Shown: one piece after another, positions 1 through 12,134 of the stretch
How positions within the stretch are numbered: position 1 is the first letter of the stretch
Layout: the number at the start of each line of letters is the position of its first letter
Assembly: GCA_040954595.2 (NCBI GenBank)
Contig: CM082590.2
Coordinates: 9,239,764-9,303,763, forward strand
Length of the DNA stretch: 64,000 nt
Source of the DNA: Balanoglossus misakiensis
Taxonomy: Eukaryota; Animalia; Hemichordata
Direction: 5' to 3'
Made by a program: the position numbers and the translations under genes
The notes under the pieces: generated by a model
What the model was told of the DNA's origin: nothing
The model's database searches: none
What the model saw: the letters and a program-made list of their open reading frames with translations, nothing else

Positions 1-785
1 AAGTGCAACATTACGAATTATTCGATAAAATATGGCAAACGAAAGCATGCAAAATGCCTTAAAGGGACAAAGTTGCTACTCCTTGATAATTTATCACCTT
101 TCATTTCATTCACTGAGATTTGCTTGCACTCACAACCTGTAGATGGTTCTTATTCACCAAAAACAAGTGTGAGAATACAGCCGACATGTATTAGTACACA
201 AAACAAAAGTGACTTCTCAGAAAACCGCAAAAAAATCCAAAAATATGTCAAATGTAGCAAGTTTGTCCCCTTCACAAGATGCAAAATAATTCATGTTAAA
301 ATGACAAGGCATATTTCTTGAAGCAAATTATTTGGACATATGTGGAAATAAAATTATGAACTACACGCCAAAAACAGAGAATTCCTTCATGATAACCATC
401 CACAACCACCGCTATAAAAGACATTTCCTTATTGGTTTGATACAACTTACTGAGAGGTTGTCCACCAATCAGAAAACATCTACTATAACACTTGGTAAGC
501 GATGATGTATCTATGTGTACTTTTATGTGAATTTTTGATTAATGCAGTATGTAGATGTAATGTCCAAATGATTTTCACATCTGGCTTTGTAGATTAATAT
601 GTAAATACAGGCATGAAAACCCACTGGTAATGTTATTCTTAGCAAGCAACCATGCACAGCAAGCCAATCTGTCAAACTATTAGTGAAAATTTCACCAAAA
701 TGGGATGCTACGATTTCAGATAACACATTGCAGAACCAATTCTGGAATATGCAATCACATCAGAGGATTTCTCAGTTAATTTATC

Positions 786-878
786 TCAACCCTTTCACCA
801 CCATGGTTCAGTCCAAACCCATTGTTTTCTACAGTAAGGTTGGACCTCTGAAGATGGAACTGGGGGTGAAAGAGTTAC
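786..878 (+). mobile_element. MITE family A (~90 bp, TTAA-CCCTT termini, piggyBac-like)
   Basis: AACCCTTTCACC...GGTGAAAGAGTT terminal inverted repeats; same internal sequence as the copies at 4034, 8092, 37193, 38523 and 49332. Confidence 0.8.
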
Positions 879-1384
879 TGTTCTAGATGTATTATCTGAA
901 ATCGTACACACAGAAGTCATGGAGTAGTTTACTGTCAGGGTATGTAATTATTGTACTTTCCACCAAAACCAGTAAACATTTCCATGGCTATTGATGTTAA
1001 TAATCAAACACAAACCTTTGATTTCTTTAATATGCAAGCATAAAATAAAAGGCAACATTGGAAATGAAATGTCTGTTACATGAAAGTTAACACTGCAGAA
1101 TTAATGCACAGCAACACGACAGGCTTTTGTCTTTGCCTAAAGTCAGCAACTTCAACGAAAGGACAATTACATATGAACTACTGGTAGCTGTAAGAACCAG
1201 TTTGCTCAGAACGTTGATGGAGAAGTTTATTTTCAAATGAAACATTTTAATTCTTGCATTAAAATTAAAAAATGTGACCAATTAGAACTGGTTTGAACAG
1301 TAACAGTACGACCGACTGGTTGGAACCAGATTGAATGAGGAGACTGGTCTTGACCAATTTGAACAATCTGATGATTATACATAC

Positions 1385-1489
1385 ATGCGGTTGATAAGTG
1401 TTGTAATTAGGGCGAGATCCATGCCGAGATCCGTCCAGTCTATCGCCCCGTTTGGAAGGTAATGTATGGGAGAGGACATCGCTAACCGT
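1385..1489 (-). CDS. Candidate 105-nt alternative (cassette) talin exon, not recognisable as canonical talin
   Basis: CAG acceptor, GTATGT donor, 35 stop-free codons in phase 0 (TVSDVLSHTLPSKRGDRLDGSRHGSRPNYNTYQPH); GC-richer than flanks. Confidence 0.5.
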
Positions 1490-2772
1490 CTGTTTGTCAC
1501 ATGCAGTGAGGATAAATGAAAAAAAATCGAAAACAAAAAAATATTCCCAACATATTGGGGATTACTGGTGCAAACTACAATGTAAACAACACAGTGGTAT
1601 AGAAAAGTGTAAAAATCAAATAAAAATAATGATATTATGGAATTTGTTGTTCTTATATCTGGACCAAATTTGTGCTCTGTAATTGTTCACATACTCTTTC
1701 TCCATATTGGTTTGCAAGTTTAGAACAGACAAGTTTTTCTATACCACTGTTCACAAAAATGTCTAGGTTTGGATTCTGAAGACACAAGAATACATGTGGT
1801 CATGCATTATTAATGAAAGTGCAAAAATATGTCAATATCAGACAATATAAATAAATTCCAACATATTAAAACTGAGTCATGAAAAGTGTCAACATGCATT
1901 GATGATGTGAATCAATATAAAAACCATGCATTGTAGTGTGCGGGACAGGATTGGGTTTTGTTAGGAGAGGAGGAATCCTTTGGAGCAAGTTAGGGTCTCC
2001 ATATCAATGTTGTCCAATAGCGACGGGGCATTGAATTTTGGTGAACCAATCAGAAGAGACAGGGCCATTTATGTTGATGATCAAAATGACTGGCACACCT
2101 ATTTAAACTTAAAGTTTAACAGAAATGATTATCTGAAAACTATTTGAATCTCATAGTTGTCTCCCTGTTTAGGTCAGTTATCAACTTATTTTAAAATCTA
2201 TATTGGTTTAAACAAACTGATGATTCTGAGTGACATTCATGAAAAGAATCAGAATAGTCATTCTTTTTATTAAAGGTAATTTTCAGAAAATAAAATAAAG
2301 GACAAGTTTGGAAAGAGAGGGGAAGAAACTTGTGCAACCTTACACCAAATATAATCCACCAAAGAAAAGGAATTAACTCTTTATACCATCACATGTTATA
2401 TAAATTCATCTGGACTATCAAATAGTATGGAATCTCATTTTATCACACTCCTGGCCGCTGAGAGTGTGGGATCGAGAGTGTGAGAACAAATCGATCCCAC
2501 ACTCTCGCAGAATTGAAAGTGGTATATAACGCGAGCGCTGATTGGATGATAAATCGTTCTTTAATTAACACGCACTAAATTGCGTACAAAATCTGATCTC
2601 AAAACCATCAAACAACTGAACTACTCTATGTAGTTAAGTTGTGAATTGATCATTTCATCCAAACCATCGAACAACTTCTGAATCATTACTCTGTGTATCC
2701 ATGAAGTGAATTGAACATTTCATCCGCACCATCAAAAGTGAACTGTCAACACACAACACCAGTTAATCTTAC

Positions 2773-2892
2773 CTTTCCAGTCAGAAGAACTTTACTGGCC
2801 TCACTCACAGACTTGATGGCGTTGTCCACATCTCTCTGTCCAGGCAGACAATTCACAGTGTTGTTCAGAGCGTTGGATACGGCCTTAGCAAC
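2773..2892 (-). CDS. TLN: Talin coding exon 28 (R5 end/R6 helix 1), 120 nt
   Basis: VAKAVSNALNNTVNCLPGQRDVDNAIKSVSEASKVLLTGK; donor GTAAGA, phase 0. Confidence 0.95.
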
Positions 2893-3906
2893 CTGAAAAT
2901 ATACACATGATTATTTAAAGCCTTAATAGCTGGCACTTTCAACGTATTTCTCAATGATAAAATACTTCAATCCCCTCCTTATTCTAAGTTAACAAATGAC
3001 ACTATTCTAACTTTGTGGAGATTTTACTTGCCATGTGGTATAGCCATGTACGTATACTATGCTTGTGTGTCCATGGCAATTTGCAGCCACAACGTAGCTA
3101 ACATGTGACTATGTATAGCAACAACGTAAGTGTCATGTACAATAATGTAAAACTAATGAAAATGCATTTTTCATTAAGAGATTTCATACCTGGGCTAATC
3201 TCTGCTGATTAACTGGATCATTGGGATTATTCAAAGCTCTCTTCACTTCCCCCATCAGCATATCCGACTTATCCATGACATCTCTGGCCGACTCAATCAA
3301 CGCCTCGCTGACCTTGGGGTCAGGAGAGGTCGCGGCCACACCCCTTACGGCCTTGGTCAGTGCGGTCAATGCTTGGGCTGTGTCTCTGGCCGCAATGCCG
3401 GTGTAGTTTTCGTTGCCCTGAGCAGCTGCGGTGAGTAGTTGAGCCATGGAAGAACCCACGGTTTTGGAAGTAGCACCCAGCTCCATGGCACTTCCATCAA
3501 TCTGATATAGAAGAAAAATTTGATAAATATAATCAAACATGGTTAAAGGTATACGGTCACCTATGCAAATTTAGCAACAGTTACCATGGCAAACTGAGAT
3601 CTAGCCAATCACAGATTTCAGTGGGTGGCACACGCGGAAAAAAGAACACTCAGATACACCATTTAAGGACATATGTATATTGTTGGTGACCGTGTGCCTT
3701 TAATCAGGAAACATAGAGATTTGGAGGAAAAGAAATGAGAAATTTGTACTTACAGTTTCCCCAGGTAATGGCAACAGTTTGCCTTCTTTGGATGACTTTT
3801 GAATTTCACCAAGTTCATTGTCAAGTGTTCGAATTGTATCCAAGGCACTGTCTATTTCCAACAGTCCACAAGCTTCTTGAGCCTAAATTAATCGACAAAC
3901 GAAGAA

Positions 3907-3938
<32 letters not shown>

Positions 3939-6900
3939 TGTATAAACTTTGTATGTGTGTACGTATGCGTGTATAAACAAGCCAACCCAATTCCACGGAA
4001 AAATAACGATTAAAAGAACTCAAACAATGGGCACAACCCTTCCTTCACCATGGTTTGGTCCAAAGCAATTGTTTTCTGTGGTAAAGTTGGACCTCTATAC
4101 AGGGAAATAGGGATGAAAGGGTTAAGATCTTACCTTTCCAGCAGCAGCTCTGAGTTCAGTCAGAGCAGCGGCCATCTGCTTGGCGCAGTTCCCCAACTGC
4201 AGCGCGGCTGCATGGTCGCCCACGGTTGGCACTGCAGCCTTGGTGGCGATGATCATCTTGGTGCCGGGTTGGATGAAATTCTGGCTGGCGTTGATCAGGT
4301 TCAACTGGGCAGTGGAGTTGTCGGGGTTGGCAGCACTGTCTCTAACACCGTGGATCAGTCGCGGGATGTGGTCAGCTACGTTCTGTGGAAAAAACAACAC
4401 AAGATTCATGATATTCCATACCTTTTCCCCTGCTGTGAATACTGAAAATCATGCAATGTAAATTCTGTATCCTTTCATAAAACTATCAGATCCAGAGTAG
4501 ACCAAGAAACTGGAGTTTATACATGGGGAAAAACACTGAAAAATAGCCAAAATCAGCATTACTGGAACTTTAATACTGACCAATATTCACGGTAATGGTA
4601 TCAACATTACTGTGTTACTAAAACCACATGGGTTAGGCCAAGTGGGTTTGAGTGCCGACTTCTTTCCTGTCTGATTTGGCATGGTAGATGTTTGAATCAA
4701 TATCGCACAAATAAAAGTTATTAAACACAGAAAATACACCAAGACCACCTGTGATGAAGATCTGATCTTTCACACCCATTTTTCTGCAGATGGACTCAAC
4801 CGAGTCACAACAAACAATGGGGCTAGTCCACGGGTTTGTGATATCAGGGTAAAGTAATCTGCTTACCTTGCACTCGCTGACAAGTTGTTGTTGGGAAACT
4901 TCGTTCCGGTTGGAGTGGCCAGCGCCCTGTGCCGCGGCGATGGTTTGTGTGGCGATAGCTGCAGCCTGCTTGGCAGCATTCTGATAAAAGTACGAAAAGT
5001 TGGAATATCACACTCGGGGCAATTAATCCAATAAACAGTGTGCTTCGCGAGATAGCTAGCAGGATGCTTTGTTCAGAAATCTATTACAGCGAGTATTGAT
5101 TAACTGTGATAAAAGCTACATTGCCCTGCTTAAAGGGAAGGGGTCGTCGCGCCGCGTGGGTGTCCCCCTTGATGAGAATATGTCCTCCCATACCAGCGCA
5201 AACCCCACTGCAGTCGCCACGACCTACTAGGATCTTCAGTTGCTGTCATGCCCAGTCTATGCTATAGTTGGCTGCTTCGTTCATTCTAAGAATGATCTAA
5301 TTTGTTGTGGATGAATTGTAATGTTTATAAACAAATGTGACGCGACGACCCCTTCACTTTAAGAATTGCTAGCTAGCAGGATGGACTGTTCGAAAACTGA
5401 TAATGTTAAACTTTTTTGTTCTTCTATTCATGTTCAGGGGCCATTACGTACCTCCAGTCTCCCAATGAGTTTCTTCTGCAATGCATTGCTAGCTGCAGCA
5501 TCAGCCGCAGCACGCAAATCTTCGGCAGCCTCTCGCAGTCTCTGTTGCTGGGCGGGGTCATTGGGGTTGCTGGCACACGCCTGAAAAAATAATTATACAG
5601 AAACATATTTATATCCAAAGCTAACTGTATTGTTCATGCACACACTAAGCCAACAGACCAAGACAAGATTTATAACGAGATGTGTGAGACACATACTAGT
5701 CAAGTCAATAATGTATATTGTGCTTATCTTGATTAAACGACCAGGGCAATAATGTTTATGCACCCAATAAGCCAACAGACCAGGACAAGATTTGTAGTGA
5801 AAATGCATGATATATATTGGTCAGGTCAATAATGTATATTGTGTCTATATCAAGTACATGACCAGGGCAATAATGTTTATGCAAGTGGCAAAGCTGACAT
5901 ACACAGGGGTAATATTTGAATTCCAAATGCCTACCTTGGCTGCTTCAACCATCCTAGCTGTTGCATCAGCCACCATCTTAGCAGCGCCTAGTAACTTCTT
6001 CTGCAGTTCGCTGTCTTCGGCGCCTTCTGCTTCTCCCTTGATACCGTTCACAAGTTGAGATGTTGCCTGTAGTTACAAAGAAAAATATTCAACTCTCAAT
6101 GCATACCACTATGGTTTGGTCCAATGGTAAACTTGGACATCTCTACCAGTTCACTCAGCCTTCTGTTCCAAGAGTACACAACTACTACAATATACACACA
6201 TGCGCATCAGAAACTTCACAAATACAAAATGGTGTTCTCCATCAGCTAAAGATCAGAAGTTTTTTTTTCCAAGCAGAGATCAGATTTGAACAGCCAATGA
6301 ATGCCATGCCTGTGGTTCTGAAAACATGAGGCAATATAATTCCAAACTTCAACACTAACACTCAGAAAACAGACACTCGCAAAAGAGACCACATCAGCCA
6401 CCTACCTGTGCCAAGATCTTGGCCTGTTTCACCATTTCAGCCGCATCGCCCATACTGCTGAACAATTTATCTGTAGCAGTCAAGATGGTGTCGCACGCTG
6501 CATCGTATTTATCCACCACAGATGGTGTTGCCTGTGCCGTGCCTCGTCTGACGTGTTGCAGTAGATCGTTCAGCGCTTTTGTGACTGCAGTGGCCGCCTC
6601 TCCAACGCCCTTCAGCAAATCTTCGTCTTCACAGGCATTCTGACAAAAAAACAAAACAATATAAACATTTTCTTCTAGATGGTGTCCTTCGTCCATTGCC
6701 ATCTGTGCTACACAAGTCCCAGTACTTGCATTTTAAAGTGTTTGAGAATTAGTGTCAAGACCCAAACTGGTCTTGCCGAACATCTCACAAAGGTAGCTTT
6801 CTGTAAAATAACAACTGCAGTCGAACCTGTCGATATTGGCCAGTCAAGGAACTTTCTGAAACTGGCATTTCCTTGAATTCATGTGTAAATTGCGCAGGAA

Positions 6901-9900
6901 CTGTAACAAAGTGGCCACTATGTACAGGTGGCCACTAACAGTCAAACCTGTCTGAGGCAGGCAGCTAAAAGACTTTCCTTTACTGGCTTTTATAGACAAG
7001 TGTGTTTAGTACAGTCCCTTGACTGGCCGCTAACACAGGTTCGACTGTATTAGCAGAATAGGAAACTCACCTGTGAAGAATCGACCACGCCTTCCACAGA
7101 TCTGGCAACCAGCTTAGCCGCTTCCACTAACTGTTCTTGGCATGCAGGGCTACTGATGGTTGGCGCGACAACCTGTAACAGTGACAAGAAATACAGCCTA
7201 TTATTGAGTGCATAAATTTGACGAATGTAAATAAAAACAACTTTTTAAAGATGCAGTCTGAAATCATAATTGCTCAGTTAAAGACAATGCATCTTCAGAT
7301 GGCATTACACCTTTAACATAGCTGGGATTCAGACAATGTATCTTTAAAATTGCTTGGATTCCAAGTGAAGGCTTGGATTGTTTTCTCAGTGCAACATCAG
7401 ACACACTGAATTTTTTTATGAATGCTTACCTTGGTACAAGCAACAAGCTGCGATGTGTTGAGAGCACATGAAGTTGCCGTCTGAATGACTCGATTCTGTG
7501 CCTGCTGATCTTCCGTCTTACTGGCGACATTCTTGGCTTTCAAGACCAGAGCTGCGGTGGCGTTGGCTACAGCCTTGGCAAGAGCCATCAATGTGTCCTG
7601 AAAAAACACACAAATTACTAACCAATCAAAAGACGACAAGGTAGATATCACACCCTCCCGTTTATGTTACGGAACATACGATTGGTTCAACTGTGATCTG
7701 TTTATGATACAGAACTTGTGATAGGTGAAACAGAGGAAAGTCACACTCTATTGTATAAAACATGATATCAGTGCCCTGTCTATTCTAATAATCTAGAAGT
7801 TCTGTCGACCACCTGAGATTTCTACTACTCACCTAGGGAGGAAAAATCTATTTAATGTTTTGTGAATTACCTGGAATCGAGGATCCCCTTCAAAATCACC
7901 CATAGTGTGCTGGACATCAGCGGAATATGTTCCAATGCTGTTAGCGGCTGTGAGCAGGTTTTGACGAGGCTGTAATAATCAAAGAATTCAATTAGAGTAT
8001 ATATTGTTGATTCTTACAAACCCCACACATCACCATTTTAGTGTAGTTTCACCATTCACCAAAAGACCTATGTCACCCCAAAACATTTGTATTAACCCTT
8101 TCACCACCATGGTTTGGTCCAAATCTATTCTTTTCTATGGTTAAGTTGGACCACTATACAGGAAAACGGGTGTGAAAAGGTTAAAGTATTGTTTGTTACA
8201 ATGTAAAAACTGGGCTAGAAAAATTTACAAAAATAAGAAAACACAAATTAAAGTGTTACAATTTTTAGTACAAAATCTAACAAAAAGTACAAATAAAAGT
8301 CCACCCCTCTTTCCTAGAAAATGAGATGATCCAGCATAGAAAAAACAATAGGATCATACCATTTTTTAGGAAATAAGGGTATGGAATCTGGAAAAAAAAT
8401 ACAAGAGCAGGGGGATATCTTATAAGGGTTTTGTTACAGGAAGTGCTACCACCACGAAACAAAAATAACTTCGTTACGACGTCACAAAAACTTACCCCGG
8501 ACCTTCGCCTTAATGAGCCCTTGCAAGTTAGTTATAAACAAAATACATGAAAACGAAATAAATGATCACATACGATAAAAAGAAATCACAAAATACAATT
8601 CTGGAATTTCAAACATCACATTTGAAATTAGTAGGGGTGATTCTAGATGTTAGGGATCAAAAAACAAAAATTCTAACATTTCAAAATAGTCCATTTACTG
8701 GGTTATTTTCTAAACATGTATCCCATAATATATCAAGACTGAAGTTCCCGTGACGACAGAAAGGTTGTCGCCATATTTAATGCGCGCCCTCACTCATAGA
8801 AGTGTATTTCAAACAAAATACAACAAAACCATTGCCTGTAGACATGTCCACTGAACATAACCATCCCAGGTAGCCCAAGACAACATTCTTTGTTCTTTAA
8901 GAAGAGAGAACAATTTTTACAAAGATAATGAAATCAAGAGACTTACTTCTTTGCTTCCTGGTTGAGCTGCTTTGAGAAGATCAGAGAATGCTCCGGCCAA
9001 TTTTCTCGTAGCATCCAGTAATTTCTCTCCATGGCCATCTTTATCGTCTTCTAGAAGCGCAGACAGTAACTTTACACTCTTGGCCAACTCTGGCAGATTG
9101 GAAGAACTGTGAAAAGAAGAAATCCATGTGCATAAATATCAAAGCTCTTGCAGTAGAAGTTATCAAAATTTTAAAATGTTTTTCAGGGATAACGATGCAG
9201 CGGGATACCAGTACGCAAAATTTATTGTCACTTAACAGTTGGCTCTTCTGATATTGCGAAAATTTCATGTATGTATGCATGCATGCATGTACGTGAGAAA
9301 CTTTGTACTTGTGTACATTTTTAAACTTCTCTTTCTAATTACAGTTCCATGACAAATTACACATTAATCTTTCTACACGCAATTTTCAAAACCTCCCATG
9401 GCATTTCTATCACCTGTGTCTGTATTTGTCGGAAAGACATCAAACATTTTTTAAGTAATTAAGATGTATAAGCCATTTGCGAGCTTTTAAGTTGACAAAT
9501 CTTTTGGGTGTTTGATAATTTTAACAGCAAAATTCTTGGCTGGACACGCAACTCAAAAAAGATTTGGCACGTGCACTAGGGAAATCTTTGGCTAGACTTT
9601 CATCATGAATAATACAACTATGCCATTTCAAGTTTGTGAAGGAACTTTATTTTTGGTGCTTCTTTGGTATACCTGATATGGCGTACGACACAAAATATCA
9701 AACCACCATTAATTAGATGCAGTTCAGCTATCCACCAAGGGATTTACAAGCAAACGCTTATCTGGGAAACGATCTGAGTTTCTCGTCAGATCTGACTGTT
9801 ACTTTCATACCGATTATTCGTTAATTGATCAGGGAGGTATTAGGTGGAATACAAAAATCTGAGGGAAAAAGATTGTGACAAAGAACCAATAATGATAAAT

Positions 9901-12027
9901 CTGTAGCTCGGAGCCTAATCCGTACGACCTGACTCTGCAATGCTGAACTGAAACTGAGATTTCCTGCTCTGAATTTCACAGGGATCTCTACTGTTCCTGC
10001 TAAGGCTTATTTGCATGCTAGGCGCAGAGTCAGTGACAGTCGCATTTGCGATGAAATATTATGTTCTCCGCATTTTCGCTTGTCTTATCATTCACTAGGT
10101 TTCAAAACATTTAAAACCTGAACTCAGAATCAGAGCCACAATTGCTGGGGTTTATTTGCAAAGTACTTGAACGAGAATATTTTTTTACTCTTGTTCTATC
10201 TTTTGACAGATTAGTAATGACGATAGGTTGGAGACTATCACATGATACTTTTGACAGATATGACGATTGGTTGGAGACTATCACATGGCAATCACATGAC
10301 TGATCTAACCTAATGAGATGTCCACTTACATGGTAGTGACAGCAGAGCCAACAGCAGTGTAGTTTGTATCGTCGGGGTCACCAGATGTCAGGGTGACGAT
10401 ACCGGCTGTTGCAGCAGACATTGCTCCCAGCTGAGACTGGATGTTCTGACGACTCACGTCTAGAGTATCTTGTTTCCATTTCAATGAAGCCTGAAATTTG
10501 CAATCGGGAAAAATTTGTTACAAATAAATTAAGCAAGAATAAGGCATGCTCTGTTATGATTTGTAAGCAAATAACATTACAAATCATTGATCACTGGGAA
10601 TTCAAATGAATTTAGATGATCCAATCATAATCTGCTAAGAATTCTAACTAACAGATCATTGTTCATGAAATGTTTGATATTATCCAATAATCAATGACCA
10701 GGGAGTCACTTAACCCAACTATCACTTGCTTGGCTTGGAATTACCCAATCACTGACTACAAGGAATTCAAATTAACCAATCATTGAACACACAGAGTTAA
10801 ACTCAACCAATCAGTGATCTACTTACTGGATCAGTTCCCAAAGGAGGCAGCTCAGCCGGTTTCTCCAGATCGGACCTGGTTCGGTCGACTTCAGTGATCG
10901 CCACGGTGATGTTACCCATCAGGGCTTGCTGTGCTGTTGAAAGGCCGGGCTGTTTGGGGGTCGAGGCCTGGGGAAAAAGAACAGTGAAATAATCACTCAA
11001 CATGGCAAATTTTGTGGTGGTTTTTAATACCAGATGTACTGCTACTAAGTCTCTCTCTTTTTTACAGACACCCATAGTTACCATCAAAAACTTACGAAGC
11101 ACTCAAGCAAGATCACAAGTATCACATGAGAATTCAGGAAGATCTGACAGGAAACGAACAATTTACTTTGCATGGCCTAAAGTGGGCTGTAAAAACCCAG
11201 CCAATATGCAACAGGAAACTACTAATTCACTTCGCTTGGCTTTTTTTTCAAAATCTCTTAACAGTCTAAGCTGGGGCGGCGTCTTCACCCGATGAATTGA
11301 TCGTGTTCATCAATGCTTACTTCTCTCGGACAAGAAAATTATAGCCCGGGAAATTGAACTTCCTGTAACCCCTGTTAAGACTCACTTAAAATCTGCAACG
11401 GCAACTTAATGCAAATGCTGGCTTGCATATCAAGAACGCTTTTCTCTCAACCCCAGTCATCCACCATTTAGAGGACTTAACAGGGAATGTCTGTTACATC
11501 TGTTTGTCAGATTCTACAATGAATAGCCCGGAGCTATTTGCCACGTTTATTAATTTCCCTCTTTACTTCGTGTGCCTATCTCTTTTCAGTATCTGGCTGT
11601 CATCAAGCTTCTCTGTCGTATTGTTGTGTGATTTGAATACAGATGACGTGACACTATGTGTCAATCTGATTAACTAATATTTCAGATACTGTCTGTCTGT
11701 CTGTCTGTATGTGTGTGTATGTATGTATGTATGTATGTATGTATGTATGTATGTATGTATGTATGTATGTATGTATGTATGTATGTATGTACGATTGTAT
11801 GTATGTGTGTGTATGAGCGTGTCTTTGCTTTCAGATCTTGATTTTTATTTAGATACACCTCACATATATACAAGATGAACTGTCCACTTCAAGGTCAAAG
11901 GTGAAAGATCATGACCCTTACCATTGGTGCAGTATGCGCGCTATGAGCCTGTCCTTTCATTGATCCATACTGAGGTGGTTGCATGGTACCAGTGCTGTAA
12001 CTAGCGGCACCTGTATGATAAAGATTA

Positions 12028-12074
<47 letters not shown>

Positions 12075-12079
12075 CCACC

Positions 12080-12134
<55 letters not shown>

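Noticed and set aside
1165-1190. Acceptor followed by LPVVHM-stop or a 17-nt exon; similar AG|VCQSF-stop near 2098
   Set aside because: These are asymmetric or immediately terminating, with weak splice signals and no convincing poly(A) signal.
2460-2506. 16-bp perfect inverted repeat GAGAGTGTGGGATCGA / TCGATCCCACACTCTC
   Set aside because: It sits among further GAGTGTG/CACACTC subrepeats typical of a decayed foldback element, with no strand-specific RNA signature.
4050-4461. Plus-strand ORFs overlapping talin exons (also 3221, 5366, 5807, 6419, 21379)
   Set aside because: They are antisense shadows of GC-rich coding exons with no independent signal.
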